Below, in pieces: positions 1 to 12,642 of a DNA stretch of 64,000 bases. Made by a program: the position numbers and the translations under genes. Position 1 is the first letter of the stretch. Each line of letters opens with the position of its first letter. The stretch comes from Octopus sinensis (taxonomy: Eukaryota). The stretch spans positions 22,754,001-22,818,000 of the forward strand of contig NC_043009.1 of the NCBI RefSeq assembly GCF_006345805.1, given 5' to 3'. The notes under the pieces were generated by a model. The model worked only from the letters and a program-made list of their open reading frames with translations. It was not told where the DNA came from and did no database searches.

Positions 1-94
1 AGTATCAGAATAAATACTACACAGCATTCAACCTGATGCTGTAATGAGTCTGCTAATTCATAACATGGGTGTATGAAGATGATGATGATGATAA

Positions 95-530
95 ATAGTT
101 TCAAATTTTTAGCACAGGGCCAGTAGTTTTTGAGGGCTGGGAGCAAGTCAGTTGCATCAACCCCAGTACTTGACTGCTACTTTGTTTTATCAACCCAAAA
201 GCATAAAAGGCGAAGTGGGATTTGAACTTAGAATATAAAGACTCTAAAGTTATACTGCTAATCATTTTGTTTGATGCACTAACAATTTTGCCAGCTTGCC
301 ATAATGATAATAATAATCCTTTCTACTATAGACACAAGGCCTGAAATTTGGGGGAGGGGATGAGTTGATTACATTGACCCCCAATGTTCAGATGTTACTT
401 ATTTCATTGGCCCTGAAAAGATAAAAGCAAAGTCAACCTCAGTGGAATTTGAACTCAGAACATGCAGGCAGATGAAATGCCACTGAGCATTTTTCCCATC
501 ATGTTAATGATTCTGCCAGCTCGCCACCTT
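95..530 (-). mobile_element. Two tandem tRNA-derived SINEs (family B: GGCGAGCTGGCAGAA head, CTTTCATCC..GATAAA..AGTACC core)
   Basis: Same consensus as copies at 27545-28012, 37858-38070 and 57440-58000; B-box-like GAGTTCAAATTCC on the minus strand. Confidence 0.75.
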
Positions 531-1569
531 AATAATATTAATAATTTTGAGTTTGTTTGGTACTTGCGTGTTGGGTATCTTCCACAATGCTTAATCTCTA
601 AGTACCAAGTCTCAAATTCACAGAAAGAGACCCTGTGAAACGCTTGACAACAGGTTGCTTTCTGCTCTCACAAAATCTTACTTGCACTGTTTAACCAGAG
701 CAATTAAAATCAAGAGCTCTGAGGAGTTAAATTTAATAACAATAATAAATTTCACAATTTCTAATGATAGTAGAGTTGATAGTTAGCATGCATTAGAGTT
801 GTAATACAGAGAATGAGGATAACACGATAATAGCTGCCATTGTCATTTTTACATCCTATGCTGGCATGGATTGGCCACAACCTTTTGAGGCTGTATTCTT
901 CAGTTGAATGCTGGTGCTTTTCCTGTCACCAATCCTTACTTGTTTTTCTAGTGAACTGTTTTTTAGTCTGTAGATCATCATGCATTGAAACCATGATGCA
1001 TTGTTTCAGTGATGTAACAATACATTATTGCTACATGATGTATTGTTTAGGGAAGTTGTAAACCAGAGGGTCTCAACCATCTTTCAGCTATGGAACCCTT
1101 TCGTTACTATTTTACTCTAAAGACCCTCATAGACATTTTATGTTTAACCTTTTAGTATTTAATCTGGTCATATCCAGCCCAAATATTTTACCTGTTCCAA
1201 ATCCAACCGTTCACACCCAACTTACAATGTTATTCTGAGAATATACAAACACATTATCTTGAAGCTACAAGAAAATGCAAGATTAATTTAAAGAAATTTG
1301 AACAAATACGCATTACATTTCCATCAACTGAATTCCTTCACAAAGCACTGCTCAGCTTGGGGCTATAGTAGGAGATATTTGCCTAAGGTACCATGCAGTG
1401 GGACTGAACCTGTAACCGCATGGTTGCAAAGCAAACTTCTTAACACACAGCCATGCCTGTACACACACACACACGCATTTATATTTTAGTTTGTTGTTGT
1501 AACATTTAGAATGATTGCCTTATATTTGAATCCTTACAAAACATCTCATATTACAAGACAGATTGCTTC

Positions 1570-1810
1570 AGTGATGATGGTGACAGTGGCTGTAGTAGTA
1601 GTAGTAGTGGTGGTGGTATTAATGGTCGTGGTGATGGTATGGTAGTAGTAACAGAAGTTGTGGCTGTAATAATAGCAGTGGTGGTGGTAATAATAATAGT
1701 GGTTGTGATGGAGGTAGTAGGATGGTTGTAATATGGGTGGGTGGGTAACAGTAGTGGTGATAGTGGCAGTAATAGCAGTGGTGGTGGTGGTAGTAGCAAT
1801 AGTAATGGCT

Positions 1811-1848
<38 letters not shown>

Positions 1849-1900
1849 GGTGATGGTAGTAGTAGTGGTAACAGTAGTAGGTGTGGTGGTAGTAGTACTA
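1570..1900. repeat. (GTA)n/(GTG)n degenerate microsatellite
   Basis: Directly visible; gives rise to the spurious poly-V and poly-T ORFs. Confidence 0.95.
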
Positions 1901-2229
1901 GTTTACATAAAAGATGATGACATAAGTATCTTGATTTTTTTCTTTTATTTATTTATTTTCATTATAAATAAAAAAGTGATAACATTTGTAGGGCCGTCCT
2001 CGTGTACATGGTATATTTCAAAATAAACACGTACACAATCTTATTTCTTTATTTATCTACTTCCATTTTTGAATTAAGCACATCTGCACAGTCCATTTGT
2101 GAAACAGTTATTGAATTAAATATAAAACACACACAAAATAAGGAAAAAAAAAACGTCTGTGCATGATAATCTTTAATTTAAGAACTACAATGGCAGGTTG
2201 CGTGATTATGTCTCCCTGCCCCTTTCTTT

Positions 2230-2880
2230 TAACTTTTGACCATTTTGTGGTTGTATTTCTGTTAAAATATGATGCTAATGTTTCAATTAATTCTGAAAAA
2301 TAATGAAGAATTTAGCAAAATTACTTCTGTTATTAGTAACCACTTTTGTTATCATACTTCAGTTGAAATAAACTGCCTTCGATTCAATTAATTTTGAAAA
2401 TAGCAAAGAACTTGGGAAAATATCTAACATTTTAAGATATGATGCTAATGTTTCAATTAATTTTGAAAAATAACGAAGAATTTAGGAAAATAAAGAATTT
2501 AGGAAAATATCTTTGTTGCTATTTAACACTTTTGTTGCCATATCTATGTTGAAATACACAGCTACAGTTCAATTAATTTTGGGAATAATAAAGAGTTTAG
2601 TAAAATAATTTAGTCATTAAGCTGGTGTGGAACAAAAGAACATGAAATTTTGAGGGAAGATTTTAATTCAGATCACCATAATCCTTTTGTTGTTGTAGTT
2701 CTGTCAAAATACACTGCAAATGTTTCAATTAATTTTGAAAATGAGAAATCTAGTATAATAATTCTGTCATTACTCCAAACAAATTGATATGAAATTTTAA
2801 TGAAAACAGTCTTAATTCAAATCATTTTAACCCATTTGTCATATTTCTGTTGAAATATATTGTCTTTGTTTTAATTCTAG
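2230..2880 (+). repeat. Degenerate tandem repeat of ~100-170 bp units resembling a piggyBac-like MITE end
   Basis: Recurrent AACC(A)TTTTGTT..ATTTCTGTTGAAATA..GTTTCAATTAATTTTGAAAA units, similar to 26189-26330. Confidence 0.6.
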
Positions 2881-3365
2881 GTTCAGTTCTAGCAAGTGAC
2901 ACATTGGTTAAGTGCCTTCTACTATGGCCTCAGGCTGACCAAAGCCTTGTGAGTGGGTTTGGTAGCTGTGGAAGAAGCACCACTAAATCCACAAGTTTTT
3001 TTATTCTCTCTCTGTTTATTTCTTCGTGTTCCTTTCTGTTGAAGAGCATAGGCTCAAAAAAAAAAAGACTTCCTCACCTTCCCGAGCATCAAACTAATAC
3101 GCCTGTTTGTTGTTTATACACTTGTCTTTGTCTTTTGTTTTTCTGTAAATTTCAACTATATACACACACATATACGTGTGTGTGTGTGTATTTGTGTCTG
3201 TTTGTCCCCCTACCATCGCTTGACAACCTAGTGGTTCAGCAAAAGAGACTGATAAGGTACTAGGCTTAAAATGAATAAGTTCTGGGGTTGATTTCTTCGA
3301 CTAACACCCTTTAAGGTCGTGCCCCAGCATGGCCACAGTTGGATAACTGAAACAAGTAAAAGAAT
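2880..3365 (+). mobile_element. SINE family A with a nested mini-PLE fragment (~2985-3160) carrying a decayed hammerhead
   Basis: SINE head and tail pieces flank a segment homologous to 21760-21940. Confidence 0.65.
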
Positions 3366-4706
3366 AATGTTTTTTGTAACAATTCCTTTACAAGGAAACA
3401 AAGAAACAGAAAAGAAAAGTGGGGTGGGGTTAAACAGCAGAAGATAGATGGGCAGGGAGCAAAGGGCTGCACACCCTACAATAAATGGCTTGATCAACCG
3501 TGCCATATGGTCATGACTATGGTGGCGTTGCCACTGAGAATGACACTCACTGCCTAGCCACTCCACATCATGAGGCATGTTTCTCAGATGGGCAGCCATT
3601 ACACTGTTTTTGCAGAGGAAAACAATAGTACAGTCTGAGGATACCCAAATTTTCAATGGCAACCAGCACAAAGTGGCATATTGGTTGGTCAGGCTCCTGC
3701 ATTTATTTATCTTTCTCTCCTCTGCATTATGGGTGGCAATACCCTGGTTTGCAGAACAACAAATTTAATGAAACATATTTGCAACTATTAAACTGGTGTT
3801 TAGGACATAAATTAGCATGACATTTTTCTGGATGATTTTAATTCAGATAACTTAGTTTGATCATAAAACCAAAGCAGTCTCAGGCAGGTTAGTATTAAAA
3901 GGATCAATTTGAAGAGAAGGATCAACACTGAAGAGTAGTAGGGAAAAGGGGGTAAGGTGTAGAGACTTGACCAAAGTAACTGGTGTTAATGCAACCATTT
4001 AGCCTTCAGATTACTCAGTCAATATTCATATTGCCTTTAATTAATCATGCATTATCTCAAAAATTTGAAATCTCCATGATGTGATTATTTATTTTTAGAA
4101 TGACATTGTAGGGTAGGTGTAAGAGGCCAGATCTGGCTAGTTTCAACATAAAATAGGCAGAATATTTTAGCTGGATATGGCCAGTTTAAATGCTAAAAAG
4201 TTAATTTGATGGTAGTCCCTCTAGTCTGAGAAAGTGGATTCTGGGTTCTACAATTTCTTGCTGAACACCCTGGACAGGTGATTTGTTCCAGGTGATCAAA
4301 TGTTTGTTCTGCACATAAGCTTAATCTTTTTATCGAATCGACATTACCTGTACAGGTGCAAGGTGGGCCACAAATCAGGTGTCAAGGTGACTGAAGAGCT
4401 ACAGGAGATGAAATGTTTTGCTCAAATAAAAACACAATGCACTAGCCCATCTGGGAAATGAAACTATGATCTCATAATCGAGAGCGCAACACCTTAACCA
4501 CTAAGCCATGCACCCTCTGGAGTTAATGAACATCCCCACTGAAATGGATAATGGTTGTGGTGTGTCTAGACAGAAAGAGAATCCAGAAAAGAAAATGGTT
4601 TGCTTGAAGGATTGCAATTTTTTTATGACAGAATAATCTTTATATTTTACTTGTTTCGATCAATGGACTGTAGCCATGCTGGGGCACCATCTTGGATGGT
4701 TTAGTA

Positions 4707-5105
4707 CAGGGGCTCTCAACCCTTTTTATCTATGGACCCCTTTGATTTTTATTTTACTTGGGTGGACTCCATAACCATTTGATATTTAAAAAATCCTTTT
4801 ATATTTTAATAATTAGATATTATTAGGAATTGCATATAGATAATTGTTGAGATATTTTGTGCATTGTACAAGTATAACCAATTCCTTGCACATAAACTTG
4901 ACTGATCTGAAGCACAAATTACATTGACCCCAATGCATAACTAGTACTTATTTTATCAATTCCTAAAGGATGAAAGGCAAAGTCAATATTGGTAGCATTT
5001 ATTCTCACGGCATAAAGACAGGCAAAATGCTGCTAAGCAATAGACTCTCCCCCAAATCTTATACGAACCCCTAGGGTCCATGTGGACCTTGGTTGAGAAC
5101 CTCTG
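4707..5105. mobile_element. hAT-type MITE with 8-bp TSD
   Basis: TIRs CAGGGGCTCTCAACC / GGTTGAGAACCTCTG; perfect TSD GTTTAGTA at 4699-4706 and 5106-5113. Inserted into a SINE A copy (~4645-5260). Related left end at ~1064. Confidence 0.85.
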
Positions 5106-5725
5106 GTTTAGTAGAACAAATTAAGCTCAGTACTTGTTGTTAAATCTGGTACTTAGTCCATCAGCTTTTATTTTTTGCCAAACTACTAAGTTACAAGGAC
5201 ATAAACAAACCAACACCAGTTGTCAAGCAGTAATGGGGGAAAGCACAAATGCAAAGACACACACACACACATATAAATATTTATTAACTTCAACTTATGT
5301 TGAAAGTTTAACGAACAAAGTTAGCTTTAGAAGTGTTAAAATGTATTGAAAGATACAGATAAGGAAATAATTTTATTCTCAGACGCAGGATATTGCTAAT
5401 AATATAGCATGAAGTTTAGTTTATCCTGTTTATGGTATATTATTAGCATTATCCTGCACTTGAGAATAAAATTATTTCCTTATCTGTATCTTTATATATA
5501 TATACTAGCAGAGATACCCGGCGTTGCCCGGTTACATTCAATTGAAGAATTAGACTTTTCTGTTATATATATATGGATACACACACACGTATATATGTAT
5601 ATTAATATAAATACATGAAAGTACATCAAGTTTGTTAAAAAAAAGGGGATCATGTATATACCTCCTGGCTGTTGTGATTATAACACCTCGTTGTAAACAA
5701 TGTTCTTTGTTTTTCCTTGTGGAGC

Positions 5726-8235
5726 TTATACAAAAAGGTTTCTTTTGGTTCCTACTCTTGAGCAGCCAACATACAGTTGCCCATTCGAGAAGCAGGGCTC
5801 TTCCAAGAGAAGACCAGCTACAGAGAGGGTTTGACCCTGAGATTTGTTAATGGACATGGCAAAGCTGACACGAAGGGGAAATTGCAGTCTTCTGAATGTA
5901 AATGGAATTTCTGCTCCTGATGGAGTAAGAGGAATTCTTGGAATAAAGACGTCATCACCTTTTCCACATCCAGAAAGAATGATTGCCTCGATAACATGTG
6001 ACATCATTTTCTTTATCACCAGTTGTGTTCCATTGCAAAGTCTTGGTGGTTCCAGATTGCGGAGTAGCATTACAGGAGTTCCAACTTTAAGTGCTAATAT
6101 GTGTGGAGGTAGTCCACGAGGCTCCAGTGAATTGAGAAATTCAGGAGGATAGTTCACAACTTCATTTATATCTGGAATTGTATCAACAGACTTGTAAGTG
6201 TGTATAGTGCCGGGAAGAGAATGCATTAGCTGTTGATTAATTTTGTTAACAGCAACGTTTTTTGGAGCTAATATTGCTCTTTCACACAGCCAATTGTGAA
6301 TTTGGTAGTTTTGTATGAAGTTGGGAAAGACTTTGTTTTTGAGGTCAACTACAGAATTAACAACAGAGGAAAATGATCACACTTCCATTTGTCCTGCAGC
6401 ATTGAGAGGCATCTTGCCTTCACCAAGTGTCAAAATGTCATGTGCAAACTTTGTGGATATTTTGTTGCCATGTAGCTGAGCTCTCAGGTTAGTGGTGAGA
6501 CTGAGGATTGTAACATGATGCCACAGGGTAGAGGACTTTAGGCATGCTTGGACTCCATCTGCTCTAGTGCCTTTTGGAATGACAGGAAGAGTTTGCCTGA
6601 AATCACCTGACAACAGAAGCGTTACACCTCCCATTGGAGCCTGACAATCTCGGATGTCTTTCAGGGTTCTATCTAATGCTTCCAAAGCTCCTTTGTGAGC
6701 CATAGTGCACTCGTCCCAGACAATTAGATGACACATTTTAAGTACTTGTCCCTGATCTGGGCTTTTGTTGATGTTGCATGAAGGCATTTCGGATGCTGCT
6801 AAATTGAGAGGGAGTTTAAAAGTTGAGTGTGCTGTCCTGTCACCGGGTAACAAAGTAGCTGCAATGCCAGAGGAGGCTACAGCTACTGCAATGTCCTGAT
6901 GCTGCCTAATTTCTGCAAGGAGAAGCTTTGTAATAAATGTTTTTCCTGTCCCTCCAGGAACATCGAGGAAGAAGATTCGTCCCTCGCGTTGGCGTACACT
7001 GTTAAGAGTAGTTCTGTAGGCCTGCAGCTGGTCCGGAAGTAATTTAGGCTCATTTTCAACAATGTACTTTGAAAGCGCTTGAGTGTCGTAGGTTGTTTCA
7101 CGAATGACAGCAGTGGGAAGGCTATTTGACCCTGACCTGAATGCTTGTGGCAGGCCATACGTTGACAATTCATTTACACCCAGTTTAGCAATTCTGTCTT
7201 CAATACCAATGAGTGTTTTGTTATAGATTTCATTGCTGATACCCTCCATGTCAGGATAGAGCAGTTGAGGTTGGCGCTGAAAGTCTTCAGCCAGGTTGTC
7301 TCTATATTTGAGCCATAGAGTGGCCAAATCACACAGTTCGCATGCCTATAGTAATAATGCAAATAGTGCCCTGAGACTTTTAGGTGATTGTGATAAAGCA
7401 GCCTCTCCTAAAGTTGCATCCCATTGTGCATCATCTTCTAACAGAGGTTGTCAATAGCAGGTTGCTGTGTATGTTGTGCAGACATGTCCATGAACGGTTT
7501 TTAGGGCCTGGAAAGACGTTGGCCCTCTGACCTCATGCAGTAGTAGACGAAGGTAGAAGCATTCTTGTTGAGTGGGATGCACTGTGTATACTCGCCCAAG
7601 GCAAGTGTGAAACTTAATGCCAGGGTATCCATGAACATTTTGACCTGTTTTCCATGTGGCCCATTTTTTTCCATTCCAAGTGTAGTACGATGGAATCTGT
7701 GGATACAGCAAGGTTTGAGCGAATGGATCCACTTGACAAAGTTTGAAGAATGCAGTGAGTGTGCTATCCCTCGGTTCCTCTGCCAACAGAGAAGCATTAG
7801 CATCGGTGAAGTACACTCTTTGACCATTTTCCAGGTGCACTGCAAGCTGTTGAATGGCGGGGTGTCATTGGTGAATTGGAAAGTCAAAGATGCTACTTAC
7901 GTACCGTCCCACCTGATAAGGCGTCACCTCATCCTGGAAGTATTCTTGTTGAAGTCCAAACATTGCAGCGTCAGAACCCTTGTTTACATATTTGCAAACG
8001 TACTTCATGGATTTAATGGAGTTGCAAAACTCAACGTTGATGTGGGCATTGAAAGTCTTTGACAGGAGTGGGCAGTATGGAACAATCCATCTATTATCAA
8101 TATCGTGCTGTCCGATAGTTGCTGTGAAACCTCCGTCTTCTGGTTTTCTGCGTCTGTATGATGGATACCCATCAGCACCTGTCTGAGTTTCTTGTAAGAA
8201 CCTCCTTGGAAATCTTTTTGAACATATGCTGTCCT
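5726..8235 (-). pseudogene. Helitron Rep (C-terminal part)-PIF1 helicase, disrupted by stops and frameshifts
   Basis: Motifs DNRWIVPY..HINVE..KYVCKYVNKG, HLENGQRVYF, GGTGKTF, WDECTM, GDFRQTLPVIP, LCNGT and QFPLRVSFAMSINKSQGQTL, spread over ORFs 7865-8308, 7451-7840, 6377-7327 and 5726-6226. Confidence 0.95.
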
Positions 8236-8806
8236 CCAAGTCACCACACAGTGGAACTGAACCCAGGACCTTGTGTTTGGAACGTAGTTTGTTACCACAC
8301 AGCCACACCTGCCCCTATGTATGTGTGTGTATGTGCGTATGTGTGTATGGGTAGATGTATTATGCATGTATATGTGTACATATTACATGTACATCTATTT
8401 ATATACATCTACACATAAAATACAAAGTTATATCTTGATATCGCTAGTGATAACAATACTCAAAATATATAACAGACTGGAATTGTAGGCCCGTCTTTTG
8501 CAATTTCGATTAATTGGATCTTGTCCTCCCTCTTGTATAGAAGTGAAATTCATTTTTGGACTTTCTTCTGTAGAAGGCATTTTAACAAAAATGCTTCCGT
8601 AAAGACGGTGAAAATATTATCAATTTCCCCAAACAGGGTCACAATTCAATTTTTAAACAATAACTAAAGCCCCTTCTCCGAAAGGGGGAAGGTTATGGTT
8701 TATAATTATTTAACAAATGCAACACAACAACGTTTCCCTGACGAGGAACCAACAAACGTGATTACAATAGTCAAACAGTAATAATAATAACAACAAACCT
8801 TTTTAA

Positions 8807-9898
8807 CCCTTTCGTTACCAAACCGCCTGAAAAAAATTTTGGTCAATGTGACCAAACCGCCCAAACCCGCCCGAATTTACCTATTCATATTTAAATGAGA
8901 ATATCAGAGCAAATCTCTTTAGTACATTCGTGAAAACATGTGATTATGCTTCGTAAACAGTTCCTTGACAGTTTTGTACAAAGATCGACATGTAATTTTA
9001 ATTCCCTGAATTTTGGGAGATTTTTTTCCACATTTTTTTCGGCATTGATTTTTCTTCAACTTTGAAAATGGATAGGAGTTTCATGTTATCAAGCATTGAT
9101 TCTGAATTGGAAAATTTGTGAAACAAATACTGGGTACTGTTGTGGATTTAGTTTTTATACAGGGAAACTAATGTTAGTCAGCATGGCTTAGGGTATGATG
9201 TGGTCTGGAAGTTATTGTTTGAAGCGATCAATGCGGAAACAAACTTACGCAAAATGTAAACAAACACAAAATGGGGATTCAAATTTCGGAAAATTTGTGA
9301 AGCAAATACTGGGTACTGCGTGGATTTAGTTTTTATACAGGGAAAATAATGTTAGTCAGCATGGCCTAGGGAACGATGTGGTCTGGAATTTATCACTTCC
9401 ATACCATAACCAGGGCCGTATATTATTTTTTGACCGATTTCTTTAGTTCGGTCAAACTTACGGTGGATTCCAGTATTTCACTTTATTCCACCTTTATGGT
9501 ACACCTGTTGTGCATTAAATTCAACTGATGATATAGTGATGTGCACAATTCTTCTTTATCAAAATTTTGTTGCATACCCATTTGAATATTAGCTGATGAT
9601 TCATTTTCTATGGTGATGTTTAAACAAAATTTTAATATTTTTACCTTTTGCTCAATTTAAAATTTTAATAGTTTTACCTTTTGCTCAATTTACCTGGATT
9701 TACCTGTAATTAAAGTCACTTTGAGACAAAAGTTATGCAATAGAATTGATTAAGAACCCTTTCTTTAATTATGTTCCAAATATCACATTAATATGTTGAT
9801 AAGTAAAAAAGTTACAGTTATTTAATGAAACAAGCCTAGATTCATGATTTGAAACTCATGAGGGGTGTATTTTGGTCAGAAATATAGTAACGAAAGGG
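8807..9898 (+). mobile_element. Non-autonomous piggyBac-like element (1.09 kb) nested in the Helitron
   Basis: TTAA|CCCTTTCGTTAC ... GTAACGAAAGGG|TTAA; internal ~100-bp direct repeats; near-identical inverted copy at 26189-27251. Confidence 0.9.
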
Positions 9899-10360
9899 TT
9901 AATGTATCCCCATGTATGTGAAACCACTTATTCAAGTTCAAGGTATTGATGCAATTTTATACGAATTGCAAATACACACACACACACATAATAAGGGTGA
10001 AAAATTGAATATTAATTTGATTAATATGAATTGAAAACCAGTGGTGTAGCATATAAGATCATAGCGGATCTTCTTCTAGCAAAAAGGATGACCACTTTTT
10101 AATGGTTCATCCCTGTTATATAATACTTTCAGTTTAATAGTTTCAGTATTAAAATGAAAGTGTCTGCATTACATTAGAGAGATGTTTTTGTTTCACTTTT
10201 AACACGTAATACTGAAATAGTGGAGAAAATATGATATTGCTGTGGGGTCGGACCTTAAGTAAGGCATGTGTAAAATTTGAATGAAATTGGTTGTGTAGTT
10301 CTCAAGTTTTAGGGAAACACACAGACAGACAGACAGACACACATTCTCAGTTTTATATAT

Positions 10361-10790
10361 CATCATCGTTTAATGTCCACATTCCATGCTAGCATGGGTT
10401 GGACGATTTGACTGAGGACTGGCCAACCAGATGGCTGCACAAGGCTCCAATCTGATCTGGCAGAGTTTCTACAGCTGGATGCCCTTCCTAACGCCAACCA
10501 CTCCGAGAGAGTAGTGGATGCTTTTACGTGCCACTGGCATGAGGGCCAGTTAGGCAATATTGGCAACGGCCAGGCCCAAATGGTGTTTTTTACGTGCTAC
10601 CTGCGCTGGAGCCAGTCCAGCGGCACTGGCAACGACCTGGCTCAAATATTTTTTCATGTACCAGTATGGTAATGATCACTCTCGAATGGTGCCTTTTACG
10701 TGCCACCGGCACAGAAGCAATCTGAGCATGATCTGGCAACGATCACGCTTAGATGGTGCTCTTAGTGAACCACTAGCATGGATGCCAGTC
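10361..10790 (-). mobile_element. RTE-type 3' UTR fragment
   Basis: (CAT)n tail, GGATGCCCTTCCTAACGCCAACCACTCC and GCTTTTACGTGCC modules. Confidence 0.8.
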
Positions 10791-12642
10791 GATGGGCTCC
10801 CACACAGTTTCTGTCTTCCAAATTCATTCAAAAGGCTTTGGTCAGATTGAAGCCATAGTAGAAGGCACTTTGTCCAAGATGCTATGCAATGGGACTGAAC
10901 TTGAAACCATGTGGTTGCAAAGAAAGTTTCTTATCAACAGAGAGAGAAAGCAGGGAAGATGAAATAAGAGAATGCATGAGAAGAAAGAGCAGAATGGAAG
11001 GAAAAAGGAAAGAGAGAAAGAGGAGAAAGATTGGGAAATAAAGAGAGAAAGAGAAAAATAGGAGAGAAAAAAAGATAAGAAACAGTGAGAAAGAAAGAGA
11101 AAGAGAGAGAGAAAGATAAATAATGAAGAAGTAGAAAGAAAGAGAGAGGGAATGAAAGCGAAAGATAAGAGAATAGAATGAGGTGATTGTGAAAGATAGG
11201 TAAATGGTAGGGAAGGAGAAAGATAAACACAAGGGAAACTGGTAAGAGGGAGAATGAGAGAGAGAGAGAGAAAGAGAGGAAGAAAGAAAGAAAGAGGGGA
11301 AAGGAGAAAACAACCCTTATCAAATGAAATTGCTGGTAGAAGTCAGTTGATAGAGTTTGGAGGCTTGTTATTACGTTCATCATGTCATCACAGTAAACTT
11401 GTACTAAAGTGCATATATGTGTATACACTTACATACAAACACACACATGTGTGTATGTATGTATGTAACATTCATAAGTGGTTGTTTGTCATCCGATCTT
11501 CCCTCCCCTTCTTAGCTGATTCTTTTATTGCATGATAAGTGCGCATTAATTTTACCTCCGCTTTATACAATATGAGTGTGTATGTATGTGTGTGTATGTC
11601 TACATATATATATATATACATACATACATATGCATATACAGATATGCACAAACATGCACGAACACAGCTACATATATATGCATATGCACATATGTCACAT
11701 ACATACGTATGATCCATTAATCCTCGCCAACTTGCTAATTGCTCTTTTGACTTTTTCACTTAGCATAGCCAGTGGATTCCAGCAAATACATACTGCACAC
11801 ATTCTCATAAACAGAGGGACACCTATACCAATGTTGATCTTCTTCGCCTTTATATATACATACATATATATATATACAGTTTTCCAGTCCGACCGAATTC
11901 TCAACCAACCACAGCAGACCCAGGTTTAAAGCATTTGACATCGGAGATGGGAATAGTTCCTGTCAGTTTACAAGATATACTGCCACAACACTTCAGCTTC
12001 TGGTGTAGCATTACCATTCTTGTGCAGCAAACAAGGACATTTTCTCATCCCTTTCACTTGGAATTTATTCTTCCTAGTTTATTGACCTAAAACTAATCAG
12101 CGCAATAACCTATTTCGAAGCCTTGTGTTATGATTTTCTTCGTAATATGTAAGATTCAAAATTTATAACATGATATTTTATGTAATACTATTATTTCCCC
12201 TCCTGCACATCATCATTTAATGCTTACTTTCCCATGCTTGCATAGGTCAGATGGAATTTGTTGAGGCAGATTTTCTACAGCTGGATGCTATTCCTGTCAC
12301 CAAGCAAGGTATTGTTTCCCCATATTTTTCATGCAAGACTGGAAATGAACAACATCACTTATATGGCAGTGACACCCACTCACAACCATCATGTCAAGTC
12401 ATGGATGCACACAGACACATACCACATATATACTCTTTTACTTGTTTCAGTCATTTGACTGCGGCCATGCTAGAGCACTGCCTTTAGTCGAGCAAATAAA
12501 CCCCGGGATTTATTCTTTGTAAGCCCAGTACTTATTCTATCGGTCTCTTTTGCCAAACCGCTAAGTGACGGGGACGTAAACATACCAGCATTGGTTGTCA
12601 AGCAATGCTAGGGGGACAACCACAGACACACAAACACACACA

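Larger units (their letters stand above)
5505..10360 (-). mobile_element. Helitron (internally deleted, decayed)
   Basis: 3' CTAG (5505-5508) in (TA)n, with GC-rich hairpin CCCGGCGTTGCCCGG at 5517-5531. Putative 5' end ATATATAAAACTGAGAATGTGTGTCTGTCTG at ~10360. Helicase coding sequence lies between. Confidence 0.8.

Noticed and set aside
11700-12130. Possible coding or transposase fragment
   Set aside because: Stops in the frames examined and no recognisable motif.
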